Source: a virus. Taken from it: a stretch of 64,000 nt of DNA. Location: IMG/VR virus record IMGVR_UViG_3300025083_000017, positions 5,293 to 69,292 of that record. The stretch is one strand, 5' to 3'. Positions 8,627-17,880 of the stretch are shown here, piece after piece. The first letter of the stretch is position 1; each line of letters starts with the position of its first letter. The notes below the pieces were generated by a model, which saw nothing but the letters and a program-made list of their open reading frames with translations, did not search any database and was not told the origin of the DNA. The position numbers were made by a program, and so were the translations under genes.

Positions 8627-9741
8627 AGTTTTGATAATACTTCTTTGTAAATGTTTTCTGCGATGGCTTTCATCATTAGAGGTGGTACCATTCTACCAAC
8701 CCTCTCAGATTGTTGTGAATGAGAACCAGTCAAAATAAAATCATCAGGGAGTGATTGAAGTCTTTTGAGTTCTTGGATTGTGAAACTTCTATCCTCATTC
8801 CAATGAATCAATCCACCACTCGCAGTAAGTGTTGGTGCTGCTTTGAAAAATGATGCTCTCTTGGTATTGAAACAATGACCCTTCTCATGATAATCCATAC
8901 CAGATAGAATCTTTTTAGGATTCTTTGGCATCTTTTTGACTACACTTTGATAGACACTACTGTTCAACATGTGGTCAGTTAGTCTATTTACATCCTCTGG
9001 ATCATTCTCTACACCATCAATAATGTCAGATATGACAGTTTCTTTGGGTGAAGTGGGAGGGAACAATGTAGATACAGTAAGAACATTTAGACCAATCTTA
9101 TCCGCAATATCATTACGAACTGCAATAAAGATTAGTCGTTCTCTACCTTGACCAACACCATGAAAAGATGCTCTCATTACTTTTGATGTAACAAGATAAC
9201 CAATCTCCTCAAATGCATTAGTAATCTTAGCATAATAAGTCTTTGCCTCACCGATTGTCAACCCCTTAACATTCTCAGCAACAATAACCTTGGGTTGAAT
9301 TGATTTGGCAACACGAATATACTCAAAGAACAAGTCTTCAATGTTCTCTACCTTCTTACCATCAGAGTAGTTCTTGGTCTTACCCCAACCATCAGAGTGT
9401 TTAGCACCCTCACCACGACACATAGACCCTGCTACAGAGAATGCTGAACAGGGTGGTGACCCATCAAGAATGTCTAGTTCCCCAGGTTTCAGACCAGTGA
9501 TCTTGAGGAAGTCACCGCCTACCAACTGTTTGATGTCATCAGGAACAATATGAGTTGAGGGATAGTTTGCAGCATAAGTCTTTCGTGCTTCCTCTACAAA
9601 CTCATTAATACACAGAATCTTACCACCAGCAAGACGATAACCAGTAGAGGATCCTCCACCGCCAGCGAATGTAGATATGACAGTGAACTTGGCTTGTGCC
9701 TCACCGTCATAAACATCTTGTAACTTATATGGTAATTTCAT
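8623..9741 (-). CDS. C5-cytosine DNA methyltransferase-fold enzyme, predicted carboxymethyltransferase
   Basis: Motif I FAGGGG, IV GSPPC, VI ENV, VIII QGRER, IX RLQSLPDDF; motif X reads GRMVPP instead of GN(A/S)VPP. Confidence 0.9.
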   Translation of the reverse strand: MKLPYKLQDVYDGEAQAKFTVISTFAGGGGSSTGYRLAGGKILCINEFVEEARKTYAANYPSTHIVPDDIKQLVGGDFLKITGLKPGELDILDGSPPCSAFSVAGSMCRGEGAKHSDGWGKTKNYSDGKKVENIEDLFFEYIRVAKSIQPKVIVAENVKGLTIGEAKTYYAKITNAFEEIGYLVTSKVMRASFHGVGQGRERLIFIAVRNDIADKIGLNVLTVSTLFPPTSPKETVISDIIDGVENDPEDVNRLTDHMLNSSVYQSVVKKMPKNPKKILSGMDYHEKGHCFNTKRASFFKAAPTLTASGGLIHWNEDRSFTIQELKRLQSLPDDFILTGSHSQQSERVGRMVPPLMMKAIAENIYKEVLSKL

Positions 9742-10553
9742 ATTGGTAGAACTCCTTCACCAGTAGATGCATAGTCGGAAGCCAAGTCCATAACTCTCTT
9801 CCTCTTACGATTATTTAGCATTTTATCATCTAATAAAGTTTCAAACAAGTGGTCAATATTAGAACCAAGTTGAAGATTGATATGATCCTTTACATTAGTG
9901 ACTCTATCAAATTCTTTTTTGAATGCATCTCGTACAACTTGTTTCTGTTTGGGTTGATTCAATTCAAACCAATCATACTTGAAGAAGTAATCTCTTACTT
10001 CATCATGGTAAATGTAAGGATGTACTAGTTTTATATCTCTCTCATTTGACAACTGTTCGATCTGACGAAACCCTGTCACATTATGTGGCATAAAATAATT
10101 ACGTCTGAACTGATCAAACTTTTCTTTCGGTTCTTTGAAATGAAGGATAGCTTTCTTACTCACACCATAGTAACCATCAGCACCAATACCAGTTAAAAGA
10201 TATGACTCTTTGATGTGAGGGAAGACATATAAGAAGGGGAAAGTACATTCAAAGTGTGTTTTCTTCCTACAGTCATAGTCTTTGACCAGACGTTTAAAGT
10301 CATCTACAAGATTATCCGTAGGAACAACAATAGTCTCACAGTCCCAACCAAACTCCTTGCTGACTTCTTCAGCTTTGTTTGCATCATAAGACTTATCACC
10401 TTCAAGGTGAAAGGTATATGCAGTAATTTTTTTACCAAGACGATGGGCAGCAAAACCCAAACTCAGACTGTCTACACCTCCAGACAACAAAATCCCCACA
10501 GTATTTGTGGGGACTTTATGAATAATGATATCCTTAAGGATGGTATCAATCAT
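9738..10553 (-). CDS. Asparagine-synthetase-like ATP pyrophosphatase (synthetase domain only)
   Basis: PP-loop LLSGGVDS, LTGIGADGYYG, late HPY motif; lacks an N-terminal Cys glutaminase domain. Confidence 0.8.
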   Translation of the reverse strand: MIDTILKDIIIHKVPTNTVGILLSGGVDSLSLGFAAHRLGKKITAYTFHLEGDKSYDANKAEEVSKEFGWDCETIVVPTDNLVDDFKRLVKDYDCRKKTHFECTFPFLYVFPHIKESYLLTGIGADGYYGVSKKAILHFKEPKEKFDQFRRNYFMPHNVTGFRQIEQLSNERDIKLVHPYIYHDEVRDYFFKYDWFELNQPKQKQVVRDAFKKEFDRVTNVKDHINLQLGSNIDHLFETLLDDKMLNNRKRKRVMDLASDYASTGEGVLPI

Positions 10554-11245
10554 TTAATTGCAATAACTCCAACGAACTGATGATTTCTCCAGAAGATCTG
10601 ACAGTCTTTGAACCCTGCAGTCATCACCATATCTCTCAACTCAGACCATGTATTAGGTTTCAACATATCACGAAGTTGTTTCTCCTTATCCATGATTTGT
10701 TCAGCAGAGAAGGTCTTTCTCTTGTAATCATAATGATTAAAGGTAAGAAGTTCTTGAAAGAATGCATTCTCACACATCAACTTCTCGGCAAAGATGAATG
10801 CACCACCCTCATTGAGACCATTATATATCTTATTGATAGTCTCCTGTCTGGTAGTCTTGGGCATGAACTGTAGGGTGAATAGTGATGTTACCAGAGAACA
10901 GTTCTTGAACTCATAGTTAATAACATTACCACGGACCCATTCTAATATTGCACCAGGGTATTCTTTACGAACCTCGATATGACGTTCTTCAAGATCATCA
11001 TAGAAACTACCAGCAAGTTCTACACCCACATAATGTGCATACTGACGATTAGGGTTGTTACCAATAATCATCTTGGTAAGTTTACCTGTGGAACACCCAA
11101 CATCAACGACTTTAGTATGGTCTTCTACAAAGTATCGTGAGAATGATACAGTGTCCTCTAGAAGGTTTGAGTAACCTCTGATACTATCGTTGATATGATT
11201 ATCAAATCCTTCAGGAGAATGTGCAAAAGAAAAGTCGTATGTCAT
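10550..11245 (-). CDS. cmoA: CmoA-like carboxy-S-adenosylmethionine synthase
   Basis: FDNHINDSIRGY, DVGCSTG, FTLQF, GGAFIFAEK, AGF..FW..F.G.IA.K follow the CmoA family pattern. Confidence 0.8.
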   Translation of the reverse strand: MTYDFSFAHSPEGFDNHINDSIRGYSNLLEDTVSFSRYFVEDHTKVVDVGCSTGKLTKMIIGNNPNRQYAHYVGVELAGSFYDDLEERHIEVRKEYPGAILEWVRGNVINYEFKNCSLVTSLFTLQFMPKTTRQETINKIYNGLNEGGAFIFAEKLMCENAFFQELLTFNHYDYKRKTFSAEQIMDKEKQLRDMLKPNTWSELRDMVMTAGFKDCQIFWRNHQFVGVIAIK

Positions 11246-11246
11246 A

Positions 11247-11432
11247 TTACTTACCGTGTGTTTCGTATTCTAGTGCGTCGTCAATTTTTTTGTCAAGTGT
11301 TGCAATAACATTACGAACATCTACAATTCGTGGTGGAATACATGTGGGGTCAAGAGTATAACCCTTTTGTTCTACAAACAGAGCCTGACGAACTACTGCT
11401 GCTTGTTGTAAATTTAGTTCAAGATTAATCAT
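11247..11432 (-). CDS. Small hypothetical protein
   Basis: 61 aa ORF with strong AGGAGG RBS. Confidence 0.7.
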   Translation of the reverse strand: MINLELNLQQAAVVRQALFVEQKGYTLDPTCIPPRIVDVRNVIATLDKKIDDALEYETHGK

Positions 11433-11443
11433 AGATCTCCTCC

Positions 11444-11962
11444 TTATGATAGTGCTTTAGAAAGTTCTGCGTTGATAGTCAATGCCACATCTGAGGGAAC
11501 ATTGGCATATTCTGCTTTAAAATTACTGTCTTGAATAATAATTATGGCACATCCCTCGTCAATTTTAGTTTTGCTTTCTTCAATCATAGACACACTTTCT
11601 GGAACTCCATTACCATCTTCAAACCAAGCAAATTTTCCAATAGACCTTTCCTTAAAAATATTAGGAAGATCATCTCTCCAATCATTCCATTCAGGAGAAA
11701 GTTTACGACTGACAAATCTTGTTGAAATCATATCAACAATCTTATTTAACTCATCATCATCAAAGAGAAAAGAAAAGTGATTTCTCACAATATCTTTAAT
11801 TCCTCTCAAACAACTGCTATTTGGATTCCTAATAACTTGGTCAGCAAGCGCTCTACGAACGATTCTTCTCCAACTCTTACTAAACTCCTCATCAAAAGAT
11901 GGAAACTTTTCTTTAAGTTGATCTACTGTTATTTTTACTTTTTTCTTATTTCTTGTAGTCAT
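11444..11962 (-). CDS. AT-rich orphan protein inserted behind mazG
   Basis: 172 aa ORF flanked by a near-direct repeat of the mazG 3' end. Confidence 0.65.
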   Translation of the reverse strand: MTTRNKKKVKITVDQLKEKFPSFDEEFSKSWRRIVRRALADQVIRNPNSSCLRGIKDIVRNHFSFLFDDDELNKIVDMISTRFVSRKLSPEWNDWRDDLPNIFKERSIGKFAWFEDGNGVPESVSMIEESKTKIDEGCAIIIIQDSNFKAEYANVPSDVALTINAELSKALS

Positions 11963-12405
11963 ACATCTCCTTCTTGACGGTTTTCGGAATACTGAACATC
12001 AAATGTTCCTTCTGGATAACGAGCAGAGAGTTTCTCTACATTCATTGAAAGAATTTCATCGAAGTCAGTGTCAAGTGCCATACATGCTTGTGCCATGTAC
12101 CACATAATGTCACCCATCTCACGTTTCATATGAAAGACATTCTCTTCGGTATATGGCTTACCTTGAAGAAACATTTTCTTTACAACTTCAGCAAACTCAC
12201 CAGCCTCAGCAGTCAAACCAAATGCAGCAGTCATCAATTGAGTGACATTACAATCATCTTTGACTTCAAGTTCAGTGAGTCTTTTTGAAAGAGTGGGCCA
12301 ATCAAGACTTGGTTGACTTGTTGTTTGACGAACGAAATCAACATATTTGGTAGGGTCGATGGTCATAGTTTTAGTTGTAATAGTTTCTTGTTGTCGTAGT
12401 TTCAT
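11959..12405 (-). CDS. mazG: MazG-like nucleoside triphosphate pyrophosphohydrolase
   Basis: GLTAEAGEFAEVVKK and REMGDIMWY, NVEKLSARYP motifs; follows gp41 as in cyanomyoviruses. Confidence 0.92.
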   Translation of the reverse strand: MKLRQQETITTKTMTIDPTKYVDFVRQTTSQPSLDWPTLSKRLTELEVKDDCNVTQLMTAAFGLTAEAGEFAEVVKKMFLQGKPYTEENVFHMKREMGDIMWYMAQACMALDTDFDEILSMNVEKLSARYPEGTFDVQYSENRQEGDV

Positions 12406-13778
12406 TAGAACTTGAACCCTTCAAATGTCTTTTTGGGTTTGTCATCATAAGTATACTCCTCATCCTTCTTATTGTCAAGAAGGTCATCCTGTGCTGTTTG
12501 CTCACAATCGTATAGTCTCATCTTGGCACGATCAATACCAATCACAAATCTCTTGTAGACGTTACCATCATTGTATCTGTTCTTCAATTGTTTTACAAGT
12601 ATCTGTCCCAAGGATTCGAGCTCTTCAGTACTAATAAGGGCAAACATAAGATCAGCAGTAGCAGGGAGACCAAAGGACTCAGAAGTATCAGTAAGCTCGA
12701 CATCAGAGCTACCATAACCAGAACGAGTGGTCTGCGTGGCAGATACGATAGGGACGTTTGCTTCGCAAGCCAATCCTCTAAGTTCTTCAGCAATGCTTTT
12801 AATAACTGTATATGAATTAACATTACTACCTCCCCTATACCTAGAGGAAGCACAAATATTGAGGTAATCAATAAAAATAATGTCAGGTCTAAATGATTTC
12901 TTAAGAGCAAGCTCATTGAGAAGTGCGGTAAAGTGTCCACTATGTGCACTCGCGGTTGGGTATTCTTTGATGATAAGTGTTCCTTGAGTCTTTTGTGCGA
13001 GGTTTGTTACCTTCTTCTCAAAAGTCTGTTTAGGAAGTTCACCTATGTCTTGAATATTTACATTCAAAAGATTGGCATCAATCCTTTCCGCAATCTTCTC
13101 TTCAGCCATCTCCATAGTAATATACAATACGTTCTTACCAGTAAGAAGAACAGAAGAAGCCATATGACACATAAACAAAGACTTGCCGACACCAGTCCCA
13201 GCAAGGGCGATGTTGAGTGTCTTATTAGGAAGACCACCTTTTGTAATCTTGTTAAAGAAGTCCAGGTCGAATGGAATCCGATTCTCTTTTCTGTGGTAAG
13301 ACTCATACCGCTCTTCGTAGTCTAGAAGATAATCATGACCAACATGATTATCAAAACTTACAGCAAGTGCATCAGAAAGAATAGAAGGGATTGCATCAGG
13401 AGCTTTATTGTTATCCTGACCGTCTGCAATCTGAATCGATTCCATCAAAGCCAAATAGATGGCTCTTTCTCTACACCACTTTTCAGTGGTATTTAATAAC
13501 CAATCGTGGTCTGTTGGTTCGTTTTCTAGACAACTAATGAGTTGAGTAACTTCCTTGAAGTTAGACTCATTGATGTCACTTCTCTTCTCAATCTCAATAG
13601 AAAGAATCTCTTGAGTTGGAACATCATTATACTGATTTACAAAGTCGGTTATCTCCTCAAATACAATCTTTTGATTAGCATCTTGGAAATAATCTGGTTT
13701 GATGAAGGGAATACATTTTCTTAAGAAGTCTTCATTATGCAATAGATTCTTGAGTACAAGAAATTCAACCTTCTCCAT
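12405..13778 (-). CDS. gp41: Replicative DNA helicase gp41
   Basis: Walker A AGTGVGKS, IDYLNIC, SATQTTR, QLKNRY. Confidence 0.97.
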   Translation of the reverse strand: MEKVEFLVLKNLLHNEDFLRKCIPFIKPDYFQDANQKIVFEEITDFVNQYNDVPTQEILSIEIEKRSDINESNFKEVTQLISCLENEPTDHDWLLNTTEKWCRERAIYLALMESIQIADGQDNNKAPDAIPSILSDALAVSFDNHVGHDYLLDYEERYESYHRKENRIPFDLDFFNKITKGGLPNKTLNIALAGTGVGKSLFMCHMASSVLLTGKNVLYITMEMAEEKIAERIDANLLNVNIQDIGELPKQTFEKKVTNLAQKTQGTLIIKEYPTASAHSGHFTALLNELALKKSFRPDIIFIDYLNICASSRYRGGSNVNSYTVIKSIAEELRGLACEANVPIVSATQTTRSGYGSSDVELTDTSESFGLPATADLMFALISTEELESLGQILVKQLKNRYNDGNVYKRFVIGIDRAKMRLYDCEQTAQDDLLDNKKDEEYTYDDKPKKTFEGFKF

Positions 13779-14772
13779 AACTAAACTCTTTCCGTGCGAT
13801 TTGATCTAATTGTTCCATCACCTCTGGGGTGAAGTATGTCTCTGGGTCTTTCAGGATTGCCTTGGCATAGACTTTCTTACCGTCCATCTCATACCGTCCA
13901 GCAACATTCTTCCACAGTCCACCAAGTTCTCCTAGCTCAAGTAGACCATAATAACGATCAAGACCACGATGATCGTAATAGAGACGAATAGTAACATCCT
14001 TATTCTCCTTGCTTAAACGCGACTTAGCAGTCTTTGCCTTGATAAGGTTTCCAACGACTTCCGTTCCATCCTTTTCTTTCTTCTTACTGAGATAGATGAT
14101 AGTACTAGCAGCGTACTTAAGACCACTACCACCCCCCATTTCTTTAGTAGGAACGTAAGAGCCAATAACATCGTAGGTATGATTGGTAACAATCATTGGA
14201 ATATTTGCTTGACCAAGTTTCAATGTTAACATCCTAAATGCACCTTTAACAAGTTGAGATTTAGTCATGTCTCGAACCTGTTTATCGTTCAATGCATCAG
14301 TTATCTCCTTCTCAGTCGATAACATACCCAAAGAGTCTAACACGAACATACAAGGTTTACGTTCGTCTTCTGGTGTCTTCAAATATATATCAACAGCCTG
14401 TAGTGCCTTCTGTCTAAACTGTTCAATTGTTACGACATTCACAACAACCAGTCGTGTTAAGTCAATCCCACGACTTGAAAGAAGAGATTTGTTAACTGCT
14501 GCCTCAGTATCAAAGTACAGACAGTAACCGTCAGGATTACTGTCCATAAAATTCTTAACCACAGCGAGACTAAAGAAAGTCTTCCCAGTAGAAGACTCAC
14601 CAGCAATGGCAGTAATCTTATTCCCAGAAACACCACCAAATATACTACCTGAGACCAGTGAATTAAGAACGTAAGAACCCGTGTCCACATAGGTTTCCGT
14701 GTCGTCGATGTTTGAGGCAAGTTGGGTATACTCATCACCAATCTCTTTTACAATATCTTTTAAGAAGTCCAT
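13765..14772 (-). CDS. uvsX: RecA-like recombinase UvsX
   Basis: GESSTGKT, LDSLGML, MGGGSGLKYAAS. Confidence 0.96.
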   Translation of the reverse strand: MDFLKDIVKEIGDEYTQLASNIDDTETYVDTGSYVLNSLVSGSIFGGVSGNKITAIAGESSTGKTFFSLAVVKNFMDSNPDGYCLYFDTEAAVNKSLLSSRGIDLTRLVVVNVVTIEQFRQKALQAVDIYLKTPEDERKPCMFVLDSLGMLSTEKEITDALNDKQVRDMTKSQLVKGAFRMLTLKLGQANIPMIVTNHTYDVIGSYVPTKEMGGGSGLKYAASTIIYLSKKKEKDGTEVVGNLIKAKTAKSRLSKENKDVTIRLYYDHRGLDRYYGLLELGELGGLWKNVAGRYEMDGKKVYAKAILKDPETYFTPEVMEQLDQIARKEFSYGEG

Positions 14773-17267
14773 CAGGCAAAAAACGAATCAAGGTTTACAG
14801 TTTTCTCAACATGCCATCCAATAGCATCAAGAATGGTCTTGAGTGGTTCAAGGAAAGCTTTGTTGAATTGTAGGTCATAATCAACGTACTTGTCAAGACC
14901 AATCTCACTAGGGAAATCTGAAATAAACGAGATTACATTTTCCCTAATAATGTTTGGTTTCTTGAGGTAGATAAACTTAATCTTCTCACCATTGTTGATA
15001 TAAGAATACTTATTTGTCAGACCATACTCTTTAATATAATGATTATATAGAAGTGCCCCACGAACATGAATAGGAGAACCCTTACCGTAGATAGTTGAGT
15101 AACTCTTATGTTTCTTTACATCAGAAACTGAACGAGGGAATGCAATCTCTTCTGGTCGCATATTATTAAACTTCTTCCGAGAGTCTTCGATGAAATCAAT
15201 TACCTCATCCTCAGTACCGTTCATCATCAACTTAAGAGCATCCTTAATCATCTTTCTACAGGGTGCAGGTGTAGATGATTTGACTGCCTCGATACCCATA
15301 ATCTTCAGTTTAGGTTCTGAATATCTAACCCCTTCACTGTCCCACACATTGAGAATGTATCTCTTTTTTGCTGTCCAGATTCCACGGTCTGCAATATTCT
15401 CCCGTTTCATCTGCATCTTCTGATCGTATGCATTTACATACGTCGCAAGTTCCTGGTAAGACTCCTCAATAAAAGGTTCCAACTTCTCTTCGCAGATCTT
15501 GTTAAGTATGGACACAACCTCAACCTTATTATCAGACTTACTAGAAAGAAATTTATCAACAATAGGTCCAAAGTTAATATAGATTGAGTCAGTGTCAGAT
15601 GCAATGACATAATCCGTATCTTGAGTTTGTAATAGGTTATTTAGATACCCGTTTACCTTGTTCTCAATCCATCGAATAGAAGTTTGTCCTGAAAGAGTGA
15701 TGGCTTCTGCATTAGCAAGTTTAAAGAAACGAAAGTATTGATTACCAATTGCACCATAACAAGAGTTCAATGCAATCTTACGAGCCATCTGGAAGTTATT
15801 GTATTTTGCGATATCTTTCTCTAGTTGTTTAGTGGGTTTCTTCTCATACTCTTGTTGTGCTTGGAGCATTTTCTTCTTATAAATCTTACGCTCTGCATAC
15901 ATCTTCTCCATGAGTTCAGGCATAAACCCTCTAATGTCCTTACGAAACATTGCACCATTAGCACAGACTGCATAGTCCTTATACATCTCAAAGGTGATCT
16001 CCTTGTTTAAGATCCTATCAATAGTTGCGGAAGGATGTTTCTCTTCAATCAGAGTCTCTGGAGAAATATTGTATTGCATCATCAGGTGAGGGTACAAGGA
16101 GTTAAGGTCAAACGATACCACCCAGTCATAGACACCAGGAATAGGTTGTTTTACATATGCACCTTCATATCTCTTCTCCTTATCACTTCTATCTCTAGGA
16201 GGTACAACAATGTCTCTCTTCTTGAGATAATTATAGATGATGGTGTCCCACATACGAACTTGAAACATAACATCGACATAGTTTACCTTAGCATCATATG
16301 CCATGGTTAATGCCAACTCAATCAGTTTCATCTTGTCTTCCATACGGTCAACAAGTTCTACGTCAACAATGTTATAGTCTACAAATTTTTTCCAGTTACC
16401 ATCATAGAACTCTTTGAACGTATTGAACTCTGAGTGGTCCAACTTCTTCTGACCAAGTTCTACTTCTGCGATATAATCTAATCGATACGACTCCTGTGCT
16501 TTATAAGTAAACTTCTTATAAAGTTCAAGATAATCTAGAGTAGTGACCCCAGCAATATCAAAAGTATTGAACTCTCTACCTTTAATAAAGACAGCTTCTT
16601 GACTTACAATGCCCCAAGGAGAAAGAAGTTTCAACTTCTTGAGTCCCATTATGCGATCGATTCTTCCACATAAGTATGGAATATCATACAGTTTTACGTT
16701 CCAACCAGTTACAATTTCTGGTGGGTTCCGATTCCACCAGGCAATGAATGAGTTGAGCATGTCAATCTCATTTTCATAATGGTAATAAGTTACGTTACTC
16801 TGGGATGGCGTATATCTATGTCTACCCCAGGTTGTAATCTTTTTAGTTGTGTAATCCTGAACAGAGATAGTTAACATCTCTTCAGAGCAAGAATCTGGAT
16901 CAGGAAATCCCTCTTCAGACTTAACCTCAATATCAATCGTTATGAGATTGATCTTTGTAATGTCAAACTTAATCTCATCTTCAGGATAGTTTTCAGAGAT
17001 GTATTGAAATGCATATCGGTCATTACCATAAATCTTGAAATTATCTACGCCATCATACTTCTTGTAGAACTCTCTACAGTCACGAATAGAACCCGGAATA
17101 ATAGGTTCTAGATTATCTCCCTCTAATGTTTTATACTTTGACTCTCGGTTAGAGTTAACAAAGAGAGTTGGTTGGAACTCATCTTTGAACATGACACTCT
17201 TACCATTTTCATAACCACGGACGAGAACATTGTTTCCAACCAATTGAATGTTCGTATAAAACTTCAT
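14772..17267 (-). CDS. gp43: Family B DNA polymerase gp43
   Basis: Exo DIE; pol motifs FDLNSLYP, KIALNSCYG, SDTDS, KKRY. Confidence 0.98.
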   Translation of the reverse strand: MKFYTNIQLVGNNVLVRGYENGKSVMFKDEFQPTLFVNSNRESKYKTLEGDNLEPIIPGSIRDCREFYKKYDGVDNFKIYGNDRYAFQYISENYPEDEIKFDITKINLITIDIEVKSEEGFPDPDSCSEEMLTISVQDYTTKKITTWGRHRYTPSQSNVTYYHYENEIDMLNSFIAWWNRNPPEIVTGWNVKLYDIPYLCGRIDRIMGLKKLKLLSPWGIVSQEAVFIKGREFNTFDIAGVTTLDYLELYKKFTYKAQESYRLDYIAEVELGQKKLDHSEFNTFKEFYDGNWKKFVDYNIVDVELVDRMEDKMKLIELALTMAYDAKVNYVDVMFQVRMWDTIIYNYLKKRDIVVPPRDRSDKEKRYEGAYVKQPIPGVYDWVVSFDLNSLYPHLMMQYNISPETLIEEKHPSATIDRILNKEITFEMYKDYAVCANGAMFRKDIRGFMPELMEKMYAERKIYKKKMLQAQQEYEKKPTKQLEKDIAKYNNFQMARKIALNSCYGAIGNQYFRFFKLANAEAITLSGQTSIRWIENKVNGYLNNLLQTQDTDYVIASDTDSIYINFGPIVDKFLSSKSDNKVEVVSILNKICEEKLEPFIEESYQELATYVNAYDQKMQMKRENIADRGIWTAKKRYILNVWDSEGVRYSEPKLKIMGIEAVKSSTPAPCRKMIKDALKLMMNGTEDEVIDFIEDSRKKFNNMRPEEIAFPRSVSDVKKHKSYSTIYGKGSPIHVRGALLYNHYIKEYGLTNKYSYINNGEKIKFIYLKKPNIIRENVISFISDFPSEIGLDKYVDYDLQFNKAFLEPLKTILDAIGWHVEKTVNLDSFFA

Positions 17268-17533
17268 TCCTTCACCAGGCTCTCGTATTTGTCTCTCAGT
17301 TTACTATTGGGTTCCGTAATCGTCAAGATTTTGTCCGAGTGAATCATGAATGTGTTTTGATTCGTGATATTGATCAACCAAGGTTGTAATGTCATATTCA
17401 AGTCATCACTCAAAATAAATGGTTCCGTCATTTTGCAATCAGGATCTCCAATTTCACATGTTATTTCTTCAATCTGTGCTAACAGAATCTGTTGATTCAT
17501 CAGAACTAGCACTTTCAGATTCTCTAGCTTCAT
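17264..17533 (-). CDS. Hypothetical protein (Sm-like paralog)
   Basis: 89 aa ORF coupled to gp43; PW and ILTITEP motifs shared with the neighbour. Confidence 0.75.
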   Translation of the reverse strand: MKLENLKVLVLMNQQILLAQIEEITCEIGDPDCKMTEPFILSDDLNMTLQPWLINITNQNTFMIHSDKILTITEPNSKLRDKYESLVKE

Positions 17534-17828
17534 ACTGGTCTACTCCGTCTTGGTACATTGTTTTTAATTGATTCACTGGTTCAGTAATTGTAACTACCCA
17601 GTCAGAAACCACAGGAATCACTTTGTCAGAACTTAGTGGCATCCACGGTTGAAGTTGAATTTTAGATGGAACTTTAGCACTACCTTCTACCTGACTCATG
17701 TCAGCAACAAGTTTTACTCTACAAGGATACTTAAGATAGTAACCAACTACCTTTTCCTCAACAACCATTTCCTGAATATCTGCGACTACATCTTCCCCAG
17801 ATTTCAGAAGTAAAAGTTTTACAGTCAT
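17469..17828 (-). CDS. Hypothetical protein (Sm-like paralog)
   Basis: MTVKLLLLKSGEDVVA...PWMP...VVTITEP. Confidence 0.8.
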   Translation of the reverse strand: MTVKLLLLKSGEDVVADIQEMVVEEKVVGYYLKYPCRVKLVADMSQVEGSAKVPSKIQLQPWMPLSSDKVIPVVSDWVVTITEPVNQLKTMYQDGVDQYEARESESASSDESTDSVSTD

Positions 17829-17851
17829 TTTTTTTATAATTTCCTAGTTTA

Positions 17852-17880
17852 ATTATACCAATAAAAAAGCGGGGTGTCAA
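17852..17880 (-). promoter_or_regulatory. Perfect sigma70 promoter TTGACA-N17-TATAAT for the gp43 operon
   Basis: Minus strand TTGACA CCCCGCTTTTTTATTGG TATAAT. Confidence 0.9.

Noticed and set aside
10550-11245. CmoA acting in tRNA cmo5U modification
   Set aside because: No cmoB-like gene or tRNA seen in the window; coupling to a DNA MTase with a motif X Arg favours a DNA role. Not fully excluded.
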